A stretch of DNA of 64,000 nt. Source: Perkinsus olseni (taxonomy: Eukaryota). The DNA lies in contig JABANN010000018.1 of the NCBI GenBank assembly GCA_013115125.1, positions 62,001-126,000 on the forward strand, given 5' to 3'. The notes beneath the pieces are model-generated. The model did not search any database, was not told the origin of the DNA, and was given only the letters and a program-made list of their open reading frames with translations. Below, piece after piece: positions 49,056-62,882 of this stretch. The translations under genes and the position numbers were made by a program. Positions within the stretch are counted from its first letter, which is position 1. Each line of letters opens with the position of its first letter.

Positions 49056-50144
49056 CTTATGATTATGTGTAATACAATAGTAGGAATAGTAGGACAGCAC
49101 AGCTAAGCGTTGCACAAGAGATATCACGTGAGGATGCAAGTGTGGAGACAGCACGAGCACAACCTGACTGCTACATCTTGGATTCCATGGACAGAGGAGA
49201 AAGGAGTGGTATGACCATCATTATTCTATGATCATTGAATCTACTTCACTATAGTAAAATCTTGAATATCATCGCAGCCTTGCCCGAGTGGGACTCCATC
49301 GATGCCGAGAAGACTGCGAGCCGACTCCATCCACAGTATTCTTCGGAACGCTCAGCGTTAGTAGAACTACTGCCTGCGCAAACCCCTTGCGGTTGGCCTC
49401 CTGCCCAAATCCCCAGAGAGACGGTCAGGTTGTTGTGCGATGTGGTTGTCACCCCTTGTCAGTCTGCTGTCCTCCTCCAGGCACATTGAGAGTCTCTCAG
49501 AGAGACAGAGGCCAGCAGACTATGAAGGCTCCACGCCGTGGAGTCCACGGAGCATCCTCTGACAGGAACCCTGGCCACAGGGGAACTCGACAGAGCTGGT
49601 GGATACCGGTGAAGCCGGCCCTGGCGAAAGGGTATCTACCCTGCACACGATGCTTTTGTGGGACACCAAGCGCACAGACCAGTGCCCGAGGCTAATTAAC
49701 TACGACTTGAGTTGCTTCGGTCGGAGGTGTTCCTAGAGGCGTACCTTGCATCGTATGATAGAGCCAGCTGGCTTGTTACTGTGCAAGGTCAGGGAGCTGT
49801 TAGTGGTGCTCCTACCACCAGTGCGGATCTACCCCTCCACTGCAAGTGCTGGAGACACATGATCGCACATCCTGTAAATCGGCATCCACGGCCCATCTGC
49901 GAAAGTAGTTCACAATGTCGCGCTTTCGTAGGGCCCCCCTAACCCAGAACCAACACCCTACCACCGGCCCGGCATGTGCCGACAGGTTGATGCTCCTCTC
50001 GGATCTTTCCTTATAGTGTCTCTGTTGTGTCCCGAAAGGGAAGCATCGGACCGGGTCGTGAATTTACCACAAGTCAACGCCACGAGCAGCATAGAAACGT
50101 GTTCAACAGAAACATTGAATTCGTGCGGGCCACCACGTCATGAC

Positions 50145-53100
50145 TCATGAATCTCCATATGGCTCTCCCAGGGCTTGGTGAACCCCCAGCTCGCGTAGCA
50201 GCATCGTTGCATAGCTCCCACGAGGTAGGTAGAACTAAAGCAGAACTAGCAGTAGCTAGAACCAGCAGCGTCCCTCACATCCAGGAGCATGTTCCTTTTC
50301 ACGTTCTCCCCCCAGTCCATCTTCCATTCCTCCTCGGCGTGCAGTGCTACTGGTTTCACCACCAATGGCCGCGCTATAGTTTTGATGACGACTCGGCACC
50401 CAACGTGAGGGGTCAGATCGAAATCGATACCATCTCGGGCCCACGGGCCAATCTCGCCAAGATTTATCGATTCATCCAGCAGATCACTGTACCTAGAGAT
50501 TCCTATTTCTAACTTCCTATTGCCGAGTGCAAAGTATGTGCGAGCAGTCTGCACCCCATCTGCGGCGTCACCTATAGCGACATCGACATCCCGCAGTTCA
50601 AGCGTGAAGTAGGCTACAATAGTTTCTCTCGCGTCGCTAGTATGAAAGGAACCCTAGCTATGTAATGATTCTGTCTTGCGTAATGTGTGTGTTTTTCTGA
50701 ACCCCGCCGCGCGAAAAAAGGGGAAAATCCGAGAGTCTCTACGCTGAGATCAAGGTATTGTTCACCCTCCCACATGAGCATAGACGGCGCAAAGAAAGCA
50801 ACGCATGCTCAACTGCATCGACTGCCCTATGGCAACTCACAATGCATGAACGTCAACTCCGGCATCTCTCACAGGACATCGCTCCGTTGACAACCCTAGC
50901 AGAGGTATCCTAACGTCGGTCAATTCGAACCTAGGATTGAGAAAACGGACAAGGGACTATAGCATCGGCACGTCATACTTCTGTGCATCCTCCTCGGTCT
51001 TAATCAGTGCGAGCTCCTCGAGGTTGTCTCCGGCTCCCACTGCTACGAGATCCCCCACGCGTACAGTCAAGCCACCCTCCTTAATTCGCCTAATCGTCGA
51101 GCTGATACGTTCGGGCCGGTCGGACGAGGTTCACTCACTTGCTAGCCAGCCGATTCCACAGGCAGGCCGTGTAAGCGTTGGGGAAGAGGTGGACGACACT
51201 TCGAGGGAGTCTCTTCACAGCTTGGCGGTACTTCCAGTGCTCACCATTATCCCCAACAATCAGCAAGGCATCTATCCACCTGGACGGCCTCGACTGACCT
51301 AGGCGATGAGTAAGGGGAGTTGAATACCAGTTGAGATCCCTGTTGTTCTCAGTAGACAGCTCCCTGAGCGACGACACAGCCTTGGCGGAGTCCCCATCCG
51401 CTAGCCATTGTCGGAACACCTGACGGAACGGCAATACCACTCGGAACGTAACTCCCTCTCTGAGACTAGGAGTGGACGTATCGAATGCTCAGACAGCGGT
51501 TCCATGGTCACACTGCACATCCCGTGACAGAAGGAGAAACACCCTTCTCCGGTGATAGCGCGAGCTCACCTCAGCCTGGGTCGTGGTGTCCCCTTTCGGC
51601 GGCTTCATCCAGTTCCGTATAGCCCGCTTGTAGTCCTTGCATAGGATAGCCCCACCAATACGAACCTACCCGTTGCAATGCGACTGTTGGTGACACGTGT
51701 TGTTCTCACATGCTGGGAGCCGCCATCCAGGGCCCATCCGAAACGCTGCAGGCCAAAGTAGTTCACAAAGCCGAGCTCTCTTAGGGACTTGAGCCTCTCT
51801 GATGCGCCTTGGGGAACGCCACGTACGCGCACGCGAAAGAAATTCCTGAAAATTAGTTCCAGGAAATTGGAGGGCGCCGCAGTGGCCCCCTTGCTAAGGA
51901 CCGGTGTAGTCCACCTACCCCATGAGCATCCCGTACTGCAGCTTCCGTGACGTATTGTCAGCCTCGAAATTATCGACCTGAGCCCAACCTCTCTTGAGGG
52001 TGCTGCACAGATCCTCTATAGCAAACTGAATCTCCGCTGGACTGTGTGTGGCTGGCAAGGTGGCGAATCTGGAAGGAAGCACTGCAAAATATTGCGCAAA
52101 AGAGAGAAAAAATGAACAAATTTGTGGAAATGAAAACAATACAAACAATAAAAGGTTTATTGTAATAAACACTATAAGTAACCGTACTAGTACTATCATA
52201 TACTAAAGGATATCGATCAGCCCGAAAACCACACTCGGACTCGGCGGAGCGAAGCGTCTCCTACGTACTGATAGGTGAGCCCTCTCTTATCCTTAAGGCC
52301 GGCAAAATGCAGCGAGTCCCGCGGCAGCTTGAGCCTTCTCTCGAGATGACTCTGTAGCGTTGGCATATCGATGTTCACTTTATGCAAAACGAAACGCCAG
52401 CGCGCTCGCCCTATCAGGCCGGTTTGCGAGAAGGCTCGGGACCAGGAGACTCGGACCGGATACGCATCCTGCGGTCGGTAAAGATAGTGGAAGGCTCTCC
52501 GAGACAGCGACCTCACCTGCTCAGCCTCCTCTTCCGTGTTGAGGGCAAAGCGCACTTCCTTGAGTTTCAGGCGTATCTTTTCCCGGAAATCTTGCAAGTG
52601 CGATTCAGCCGTCTCTCCTTGGGGCAGGCGAAAGTGCAGATCCAAAAAATCAGGTGAGTAGCTGAGCCAGAGGAAAGAGAGAGCCTCAACCCACGCCCGG
52701 AGACTCTTCCCGTCAACCCCGGTCAGAAGCCTTCACTTTCCGAAATGCCGAGTATTCTGAGCGTTACGCCGCCTTCCCCACCTACCCTGCCATATAGAAG
52801 CTCATGAACCGCTTGACATCTCCAGCGTCTAGGACCCTCTCCAGCATGCTGCTGGTCTCCGCATCCGACGACAGGCTCAGCATAGTCTTGTTCGCGAAGA
52901 ACTTCGAACTCACCGAGCAGGTGATCTGATCGACGACACTCAGTGCCACCGCGGGACCCATCGCGACGGCATCTTCCTCTCACTTCTTCTGTGATACGTA
53001 GCATGGCTCCCCTGATCTTCTTAACATCGCTCTTGGTGAAGGTAGACGGGAGCTCACAAACCAACACATGCTTCCACGCGGGGGCGTCGGTGGTACCCGC

Positions 53101-53723
53101 GTTCGCCTGAGCATGCGGGGTTCGTCACTGCCAAGAATGCCTCCAAGCTCACTCGATGCATATCGATGAACAGCTCTATATTCCTCAGGGATTCTTCCCC
53201 ACAGCACTCCAAGACGAAGGCTCTGGCCTCCTCCGCTTTCATGGAGTAACTGATAACACGCCCTCCAATCCCTCCTTAATATCGCCGTCCCTGCTACCCT
53301 TCCCAGAAGGCCTTTCGGAGCTCCTCCGTCGAGTCAGCGTCGGGCAAGGGCGTATCGTCTATACCATCACTTGGGGCGAAGGACTCCAACCTGCGGACCG
53401 CTTCCGAGCGGAATAGCTGAGCTTGAGACAACTCACTTATGCATCGTTTGTGTTTTCATGTGCTCCTCCACTTCCCTCCATCCCTCCACCCCCGTCTCGA
53501 AGGGCAGTCTGGCAACTTTACCGTCTATGCCCACCTCTCGAACCTCCCAGTCTTTTATCTGTTGACAGACCGATCCCGGCGGATGCCTTCGGAAACTGCA
53601 GTTGTTTATTTTCTGAATTATGGAACCTTAGATCAGCTTGACGCTGGTGAGTGACTTTATCAGTGCTACTGCGGACAGAATCTTAAGATTCCACATACCA
53701 TCGACCGCTTGACGGGAACCCAT
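50145..53723 (-). CDS. PUS7: Pseudouridine synthase, TruD/Pus7 family
   Basis: DWEVREVGIDG; FVLHKVNID; HFAGLKDKRGLTYQY (catalytic D); GNSFRVRVR; GFVNYFGLQRFG; C-terminal FYLPRGSYATMLLREL. Start approximate. Confidence 0.92.
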
Positions 53724-54038
53724 AGAAGAAAGAGCGCTAACGTAAGGCCCCTCTCGGAACATGGCACCGGAAAGTCAGAATAGTCATCTGCCGTTCAGGT
53801 GCAGTGCATACACGATACCATTAAACTGTTGCATTGATACTACAGGGACTGTAGCTCCTCCTTAATAGCTCGTCAGCTTCCATCGTGAGTATGAGCCCAA
53901 TCTACCAATGTTTCGTTCTACACCCCCGAGAAGACTATTCGACAGTCCTCACTCCAACTCACCTTCACTTTAACACGTCCACCGATAGACTGCAAATCGA
54001 TGAACTCCGTTATACCAACGCTGTCGTAGGACGGATAG

Positions 54039-54488
54039 CTAGGCACCACTCGTTCCCGGCTGCGTTGTCGGATCTGTGAAGGAACGCTGAGTCGAGGAGA
54101 GGCGAGGAGCGTGGCGCACCTCTCCAGCGATCGGTAGCTTCCATCGGTGAGTTGGTCGGGTCTCTTCCTGCGGTACCTTGGAGGAGGCAGCTAGAGGACA
54201 ACACCGCCGGTGTGTTGTGCGCAGCCAATACTGCCACTCGGGCCGGCTCAGCATTGGAACGAACAAAAACTGATCGTCGAAGTAGTTGAACAGTTGGTGT
54301 CGTGGCAAATTTGGATTGCCACAACTCCGCTGCCGATCGACGGTATCTACTGCCCGGAGGCTATCTCTGCCCTCACCCGTAGAGAGGGAGCACGGGGAAG
54401 TGGGAGGCCATTGCGTAGGCCCAACGCAGGTAGCATCGTTCCGTACTGTATTGATGAAAATCATGCTTATATCATCAGTATCGCTCAT
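54039..54488 (-). CDS. Hypothetical protein
   Basis: ORF of about 150 aa with protein-like composition (HQLFNYFDDQFLFVPMLSRPEWQYWL); no recognised domain. Confidence 0.3.
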   Translation of the reverse strand: MSDTDDISMIFINTVRNDATCVGPTQWPPTSPCSLSTGEGRDSLRAVDTVDRQRSCGNPNLPRHQLFNYFDDQFLFVPMLSRPEWQYWLRTTHRRCCPLAASSKVPQEETRPTHRWKLPIAGEVRHAPRLSSTQRSFTDPTTQPGTSGA

Positions 54489-54886
54489 GCCAGACGATAA
54501 CAGAATCATATCCCCCTCCTTTGATGCTCAAGTCCAACATGACAGCACCAGCTACTTCGACCTCTTGTCAAATTCGCGACTACTCCTAACGGGATGAGGA
54601 AGTGCTTGTATTGTGGCACGAGCCATACCAAATTATTCCCACTTCACACTGTTGGTGAATACTGAGGCATATCCCGCTACGAACTACCAAGCACTCGACT
54701 GGAAGGCCTTGAGCGGCGCTTCTGCAAGCGAGGTAGTTGCCCCAGGACTCAGCCCCACACTGTAGCACCCATCCCGACACTCCCTCCCCTCCTAATTCAT
54801 CGCTCAAGACGAAGCGAAGGTCTTCACATCTCTCCAGTAGTAGCAGTATAAACAGTCGAAAACAATAATAGGAACACTGGTATCAT

Positions 54887-57261
54887 TTACAGATCCTTAG
54901 CGGCCTCCTCGATGATGCCCATGGCCTTCTTGAAGTTACGTTCCTTGACGCCTGTGATGGACTTGCCCTGCCAGATGGGCTTCTTTCCGCCAGCTCCCTT
55001 CGCCCCGAACTCCGCTAGTAACTGTCAGGAACTCTCACTTCACCCAAGCCCAGAAGCCGAAGCGGCCTACCGAATTGAGCATATCCTTGTTCGCCAACAG
55101 AGGAGTGCCTTCATTGTAGTCCGCGAAGAGGAAGGCTGTGGGACAGCAGAGGAGAATCTGAGGGAACGAAACGATAACAGAGTCGACGGCGACACAGGGT
55201 TCGTGTTACCGCCCTTGGTCCTCCCTCGGACGTCTTGATCTTCTCTGACAGGGCCTTCTCGAGCAGATGTAGGAAGGCGGACTCACAATCTCTGAAGGTA
55301 CCGACAACCTTCCCTTCAGAGGCCTTAGTGAGCATATCGGACGCCAGGAACTGGACCAGCTCATCAGAAAGGGCCTTCACCTGACAGATCGACAACCTCG
55401 CCGTAGCCACCACGACGAGACACAACGCAACGATGAGGCTAACTCGACAGCCGGTTCATTCACAATCACGATTCGACTAAGCTCACCTGTCGATTGGCGA
55501 CCGTGAGCTGCTGCAAGCGTTGCTGGACGAGGTCAGGCAGCTTCTCTCGCTTGCAACTCAAGTCGTTGATCATGGCAGCTTCGCGAGCACAGCATTCGTC
55601 AAAACGATCGAGGACTCTCTGGCCGATAAGGAAGCTCAGAGTGAGGATCTTCGTAGGGGCCTTCCACGAGTGTCCTGAAGTACCAACGAAGTCATGACCG
55701 CGCGCCACGAAATTCTCACCAGTGATCTTCACACACTGTAGCTCGGCGAGGTTCTCAACATGAGTCCCACCACAAGCATTCTTCTCGATGCCATCGATCT
55801 CCACAATTCTAAAAACGTCTCCCTTCACTTTCGTCGGCAAGGCGGAGCGAAGCATCCTAAAACAGAAAATCAGCACAGGTCGGATCCACAACAGGCAAGG
55901 CGGACTTGGTGAAGTTGACCACCAAGTTGAAATGTTGACTTCGTGAAGGGCCTTACGGATCTCTGTTGCCGTTATCATCTTCCAACTCACTGCGCTTCAT
56001 CTGGCGGTTGAAAACTGTCCGGTGCTCCCGGATCGCCTGATTGCAGTGATCTTCCAGAGCCTTCACGCGGGACTCCAGCGTTTCGCCTGAAGTCAGCATC
56101 ACAATGCATATCCCATTAGCAAGATGAGGACCATCGAACGCTGTGTTGGCATGGAGCACCATCAAGGCTCGTGAACTCGGAAGTATCATTACTCATCGGT
56201 AAGCACGTTTGCGATTCTCATAAGTTTCACATGCTAAAAACTATGAAGACTCATTCAAGACCTATCTCAAGACTTTGAGTTGTCCCCAATTCAATACGAG
56301 ACTTCAAATACACGATAGCAGGCGGAAGGTAGAACATCATAGCCATGACTTTACTGTAGAACTTCTAGCATCCAATTTTCATAGCTGTGCGAGTAAAATC
56401 TCTCCCACGTTCAGCGATCTATCGATTTCTCGCACTCTAGGCACGCCAGCCCATCCGAATGATTAATCCTGCCAAAGACAGAGGGGCAAGATTCTTACCT
56501 TGAGGGATGAGATCCAAGTTACAGGGACCGATGTCAACAGTACATGCCTGACTTCCGAACTCCCATGAATCGGTGTTGCCAAACTCAGGGAAGAGCTCGT
56601 GTGTCTGAAGCGAGAGAGCGGCGCTGGACTTGCATACGGCAGACTCACCTCGCACAGAGCACTGATGAGATGCTGACCCGAGTGCTGCTGAGTGTTATCC
56701 CAGCGCCTGGCCCAGTCTATGGTGACCTCCACCTCCGACCCAACTTCGACTCTGGTGTCCACATAATGGTGAACCTAATCCGAACAAGAATCAATCTTTT
56801 CGCCTCATAATTGAAACAACTGTGCGCAGTAGAAAGGCAAGAATCATAATGCTCTTATCTCACAGTATAAAATCTCATGAATCCTATACGTAAATTCTCA
56901 TAAGTATGAGTGAATCGAGCAGCGGCATGCAAGGCCTGTCACAGTCAGCAAGCCTCAGCCCCAGCATTACCTCTCCTTCGGAGTTCTTGTCTGCATACAG
57001 GACTTTAGCAGTGCCAATACGGCCGGTATCAGAGGGCTGACCGCCCCCCTCAGGATACAGCAAGGTCTGGTCCAGCGTCACCACGAACTTGGAACCTGGA
57101 ATGATAATCGGTATGAAAAGACGAGCTTCCTCAGCGCTCATCATCCTACCTTTGGCCATAGGAGCGACAGGCTTCTTGGGGGCCGGCTCGCACGTGAGGA
57201 CTTTGGCGGTGGCGGAGCGCAGCTTCGGCTGGGCTATACAGAGAACTCGAGTAGTAGTCAT
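54887..57261 (-). CDS. AARSD1: Freestanding alanyl-tRNA editing protein AlaX (AARSD1-like)
   Basis: TLLYPEGGGQPSDTG; IDWARRWDNTQQHSGQHLISA (HxxxH); RIVEIDGIEKNACGGTHV (CxxxH); DHHA1-like KGAGGKK…WQGK. Confidence 0.92.
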
Positions 57262-58344
57262 AGAACAGAAAAGGAATATAAAGAGAAATGCCTGACGGGG
57301 AGGACCATCGTCATACAACACAGCAGCAAGAACGTCGTACTGGGGAGCGCAGGGGAACCCTTGTCACCACCGGGACAGCCCTGTGTCACCAGGCCCGTGT
57401 GCTCATTGCTGAGTAGCTAAATGGGCGACTCCGATACAAGCTATAGAGCATGAACAGCACCTCGCCCCATCCTGCCCAATTTGGAGTCTACTACTAACAG
57501 AACGTGCTATTCACACCAGCACCACAACTTAGCCCCGCAGCAGCAGTAGCCTAGTAGCTAGCCACCCATCGGCATGCCCCATGGCTGTGGCTGAGGAGTC
57601 GAAGGGCCCCTCAGGAATGAGTAGGCCACCGGTGACTCCGTACACGGAGGTCGCTGCTTCCCACGCGCCCGCCCCCGCTTGGTCGCTACCTTGGGACACG
57701 GAGATCGGCAGCACAACTTCAGCGCACAACTGTCTCGTGCTGGTTCCGGCTGACCGTGGGTTTACCCGTCAAAAGTGGCCGATCGATCAGCGTCTCAACG
57801 ACGTCGTTGCATGACCGTCAAGGAATGACTTTATTTTCCAAGCTCCGCTCTCCCATGCACTTGCCGAGAACCTCTGTTACCGCGAAAATACAACTCCAGT
57901 ACGAGCAGGCCTTGGGGGGACAGAGAGATGACGATGGAGACGCGTGTCACGCCAGGTCCGCAGAATTGGTGGCAAGCCCGTGCGAAGCCGTATGACGTTC
58001 AATACCTGCGTCGAGGATTCTTCACCTATTTACTGCAGGTAACTCCGTACAGAGCTTCGCAAGGTACAGCCAGGACCTCGGAAATCAGGCACTTTTCAGT
58101 GTGAACTGGGAACGCCTCTGCAACAAAACACCGCTCCGTCGGAGGCCAGGCCTATCTCTAGCTCAGACGTTATGTGGCCGATGACTGAGGAGAGACTCAT
58201 TATCCCTTCAGAATAGGTCTCCCCGGTCATTGAGAGGGAGAGTTCAGCCGTGTTACACCATTACTAGAAAACACAATACAGCACGGGTTCCAATCCTTCA
58301 CATGATGATGATGATGAAACACAAAATTCACGAAATGTAAAATC

Positions 58345-58348
58345 TCAC

Positions 58349-58388
<40 letters not shown>

Positions 58389-60246
58389 CGAGATATTCAT
58401 ACACACAACTGAAGTCTTTTCTACCATGCCCTTTGGCACCTACGCCGGCGTAGAGCTCCCGAGCGAATTTTGCCACAGGAACCTGAGCCGTGGACAGAGC
58501 CATCCCGAGTACGACCAGGCAGTCCCCTTCTCACCTCAGCACCACAGCCCTCCGCAGCTGCTCTCGCCAAGTCCAAGTCCTTCACCATCAAGTCCACCAT
58601 GAACCCCTGAGGCCTCCCCTATCGATCGCGCTACCCAGGCAGGGCCCTCCTACTCCAGTGTAGCCCCTATTAGACGGGATGTCCTTATCCATCACACCAG
58701 GCACGGGATTGTAGGTATCCGAGCTCCAGCAGCGACCAGTCGAGGCATTCACGATTTGAGCGAAGACTTTCGGATCGACACCCAGCGTCCTGACGGAGCG
58801 TCGTGCACTCTGGCGGAGTCGAAGCATGGCCGGCCTACTTAGCGAGCCGGAAGCCTTCAGCCACGCCCAACATGCTGGCGGCGAGTATGAGGTTGTTCGA
58901 CACTTTCACTGCCTGCCCTAGGCCCGCCGATCCACAGTACTTAGGGTTGCCCATGGGACTCAGAATCTCCGTCGCCGCCTTCAAATCATCAGAACTGTCA
59001 GCGCCCACCATAAACGTCAAAGTGCCTGCTCCAGGGATCGAACCCGATACCTCCATACCGCACTAAACTGTTGTGCTTCCTGCAGAGAAGGGGGTATAAT
59101 GTTCTCACCAGCCTTGGCTGCCGGTACTCCGCCACTGACGGGTGCATCAACCATCCTGTGCCCCTCCTCCTGGGCCTTCTTGATAACATGTTGAGCTGCT
59201 ATAGGGTCAATAGTAGAGCAGTCTATTAAGAATGAGGGCTTCTTCAGTAGAGAGAGGATCTGAGCAGCACACAGGCCAAGCGGTGCAGGAGACGATAAAG
59301 CAATACACCACGATGCGCAGTAAGAGACGCCACATTGTACCACATAAGGCACCTTGACGACTAAGAGGATACCTGCTCATTCTCAATCACCGGGTTCCGT
59401 AGAGAGACTCGGATAGAGTACAAGCTACATAAATATTATTATTATTATCAGCCTGAGGACATGATTTCACGTCAGGCAGCCATTCAAGGTTATTGTACTA
59501 ATCTTGCTTTGACGTACGACATTTTGAGTACGGTAAATTTAAAATACGGTACAAAATGCATGGGTCGAAGACAACAGAGTAGTTCTTGCCTAGAGTGAAG
59601 CGGGACTCGGACTCGGTCAAAGACTATGCTACCAAATCCACTCTAGGTCGAACCGCCAGCCCGGCCATCTCCCTTACCCCTCCATCAGCGGTATAGAGGT
59701 CCACTACATCTCGAGTGCCAGGTACCATAGAAATGATCACATCAGCACAGCTACACAACTCCCCAACATCTTCAGCCACTCGAGCTCCTTTAGAAGCAGC
59801 CTCGGCAATGCCTAAGCGAACGCCCCTGTACCATCGCTAACTCAACCCCTGTGAGCCAACAACAGCCGCGGATACTTACGACCTGATTTTTTCAACATAT
59901 TATCTGTTAAATTCTCTAAATTCAACACTCATGTAGATTTACAGAAATCTCCTACGAAAATTTAGATTGACAAACACGCCTGTAGAAAAATTATAGAAGC
60001 TGTTACGAGTCGTCCAATCCCCTCAAACTTTACTACTACCATAACGAGCAGACGCCCCTTGTTTCTACTACCAGGGGAGTCTTTCATCTTGTCAAAGACG
60101 ACCAGGCTGCGTTGCGCCTTCAAAAGATTAGCTGCCATTCCCGAGCCCATATTCCCCAGTCCGATGAACCCGATCGTTGAGAAGCCTCGAGCCTCACTGA
60201 AGACCCCACCGGCGCTCCTGAAACCCCTCTGCGCGAGACGCAGCAT
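58345..60246 (-). CDS. HIBADH: 3-hydroxyisobutyrate dehydrogenase, mitochondrial
   Basis: Presequence plus [34 protein letters not shown]…[44 protein letters not shown]. Confidence 0.96.
58351..58386 (+). repeat. (GCT)12 microsatellite encoding a poly-Ser tail of HIBADH
   Basis: Twelve perfect gct units; the minus strand reads …YEYLD-S12-K*. Confidence 0.95.
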
Positions 60247-60441
60247 GACAAAATGAAGCCTTAACAACAAGCTGGGAAGGCAGCATGGCCCTGTGATCTG
60301 GATGACCGGCCCGTGGTGATTGTAACCCAAGACGAGCGATGGCATTACTGAAGAAAATTCAACACGATGACAGTCGAGCAGATCCAATAGACTAGGAAGC
60401 TTTTCGGCCCAGCACATCGGAAGCCCGTCACAGTTTTCTCT

Positions 60442-61028
60442 TTAGTCGGGCGTGGGCTTATAACCGTCAACGTAGAAGTTCACTGTGGAAGGCGGCAACG
60501 TCACCTCTTGCCCGTCCATATCTTCCGTTACTTTAACCTGATCATCACAGTGATCGTAGCATGAGGGACCCAGCAGAAAAAACTACTTGGCATCCCAGTC
60601 GGCTAGTATCTTCCAATCCCGGAGCGAGGTCCAGCAAGTCCTCTTCCTCTTCAGAAGGCTCAGGGAGGCTATCATAAAGGTCTTGCGATAAAATACAGTG
60701 ACAAGTGGAACACGCCATAGACTCCTGAGAGTTGACAAGTGCCACGAGAGCATTCGATTCAAAGTCTTGTTATCACCTCACAGGCCCCTTCAAGGTCAAT
60801 ACCATTCAAGTGCGCAACCTTCAACAGCGACCAGCCAATCGGAGCCTTCGCGACCTTCTTCGTACCATCAGTGTCAACAAAGGTGATGTTGACGCTTGGA
60901 AGCCCCTTCGCGGCAGCCGCATCAACATGGAAGGCTCGACTGAACTTGGCCAGAGGAGCGCTAAGGACGGCTGGGGCGACTCCCCTTGCCAGTGCAGGGG
61001 CCATAGCCCGTATTAATGATGATGACAT
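60442..61028 (-). CDS. Mitochondrial adrenodoxin-type [2Fe-2S] ferredoxin
   Basis: Presequence; GIDLEGACE|ESMACSTCHCIL…EEDLLDLAPGLEDTSRLGCQ|VKV…VNFYVDGYKP; 2 introns. Confidence 0.96.
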
Positions 61029-61723
61029 GCTGTCGGGATTTTATACAGGTAGTAAAACTCTGACAAGACAACTCTCGATGAAACAACTCCCACGAACACA
61101 GGGGCCTTCGAGTATGCTTTCATATGCGCACGACTGAGTCCTGCCAGCAACATGGACGGGTTTCAATTCCAGAATGTCTATGTCACAACACCTCTGCGGC
61201 TCATCTCATCATTATGCTTAGCCTCAGGAAATTCGAGAGAAACGCCGGGTGCCGGAGTCGAACTCTACTCCCGAGCCGAACCGCGGTCCAGAATTTCCGA
61301 GTTGAATTAAGCGTTGCTGAAGACCCACAAGTGCCTTCTGACGGGTAGAGGATGTCGAAACGCTCGGATGATTTGCTAACCTTAGCGGCCGAAGTCTTGT
61401 GTGGCATTGACGGGTTGCATACCATAAAATCAAGTCCACCCGCTGCTGCAGAGTCAGTCCTCTGTACCATATCTTAGTTTTCAAGCATGGGAACGACTTA
61501 TTCACGTCCAACCAACCTAATGCATTCAACGCCATCCACAAGGCTCTCTCGTGTTGCAGGTAGTTCACACGGTAGATGATCATGACATGAGTCGGGAGAG
61601 CTAGGTCAGGCCGCATCATTCCAGACTGATTCGAGTTGAATCGGTCAACGCAACCTTCCGTTCCAAAACCGATAACGACACATCATCAGTTCACAAAACG
61701 ACGAATAACATGTCTCCAACGTC

Positions 61724-62596
61724 TCAGAAGTTGAAGTTCAGCTGTTTGACCTGTGGGTGCAGCAACTCTTCCTCTAACTCAACAGAGTGGCCACAGTGAC
61801 TCATACACAGGCGGGCCGGCTCCAGCTCGGAGATCCACCAGATGCTACAGAGGGTTGTCGGAAGTCCGTCCTCTTCAATACGGCATAGGAAAAGTTGTCC
61901 CACATCCTCAGCATCTCCTTTACGGGTGGACACCAGGAGTACCTCCGGTGTGACGAAGCAGAAATCATCGACACAGCCCTTGGCTCCGTCGCAAACAACC
62001 TTTCTCGGAGGCTCGTCACCATCCCACAGGAGCAACTCGGTGATATTATTAGTAAAGTCTTCCATCCAGATCGCGCCCACTCTGGTCATCCCTGACGAAG
62101 TGACCGCCATCTCGAACATCTCGCAGTCCTCTACATGCCCTTCGAGTTTCCGTAGTTTTCTCCACTTCAAAGTTGCCACGTCAAGCTCCCAGAGGTCGCA
62201 TCTCTTCTGTGTCTCCTCGACGGACCGGGCAAGAAAGTGAAGGGTGGCCGGAGAATACGTAAAAAAACTCTCTGTAAACTCGCACAGAGTAATTGGAAGG
62301 TCGACCCGCCTGGGCCTACCAGTGCCGTATGAAACCAGAAGACCATCTAGTGTTTCGCTCTCAGCATCGTAGGAATGCTCGACACTGTAGGAATTGACGG
62401 AATTACAGCGAGAACAGCACTTCCCGGCTCCCACGGCACCGCTCTGTCTCGTCGGTATGCCAAGGCCTCGGGGGTCTCGACGGCCGAAAAACTGCGCAGT
62501 GAGGTAACGAGGGTCGGCGAGGCGATGCCCCATCCTTTGGAATACACGCTCGCATGCCCGAAGGTCGAGTGCCAGATTGAAAGTACCGCGGACCAT
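61724..62596 (-). CDS. Intronless hypothetical protein, tandem paralog A
   Basis: Long ORF (open from 62674) that aligns with the upstream paralog from MVRG; shared WEL, RVGA-W, LLWDGD, FVTP and CGH motifs. Confidence 0.75.
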   Translation of the reverse strand: MVRGTFNLALDLRACERVFQRMGHRLADPRYLTAQFFGRRDPRGLGIPTRQSGAVGAGKCCSRCNSVNSYSVEHSYDAESETLDGLLVSYGTGRPRRVDLPITLCEFTESFFTYSPATLHFLARSVEETQKRCDLWELDVATLKWRKLRKLEGHVEDCEMFEMAVTSSGMTRVGAIWMEDFTNNITELLLWDGDEPPRKVVCDGAKGCVDDFCFVTPEVLLVSTRKGDAEDVGQLFLCRIEEDGLPTTLCSIWWISELEPARLCMSHCGHSVELEEELLHPQVKQLNFNF

Positions 62597-62882
62597 TAGA
62601 CAGCAACTGTACGGAGAGAGCTTCGGACCATAACCGACTGAGGTGATCGGCTGAGTGACAGTGACCGATGACATCAGTCAGCTTCGCGCCAGTGACCTTC
62701 GACAACTTCAATTCTCATTCGGTAACTGACCCTATTCCCGTCCGATGACCGGAGAATGAGTTCGCAGTAGTAAATGAATCCAATAGCTGAGCTTCTTTCG
62801 TGACAGTCAACTCAACCTTTGGCACTGAAAAAGACTTCAAACGCCTAATAGTGAATTTCTGAAGAATGATTACAGCAAGCTG

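Noticed and set aside
59027..59060. tRNA T-arm-like gggttcgatccc on the minus strand
   Set aside because: It lies at the 3' end of a HIBADH intron; no acceptor, D or anticodon stems could be built.
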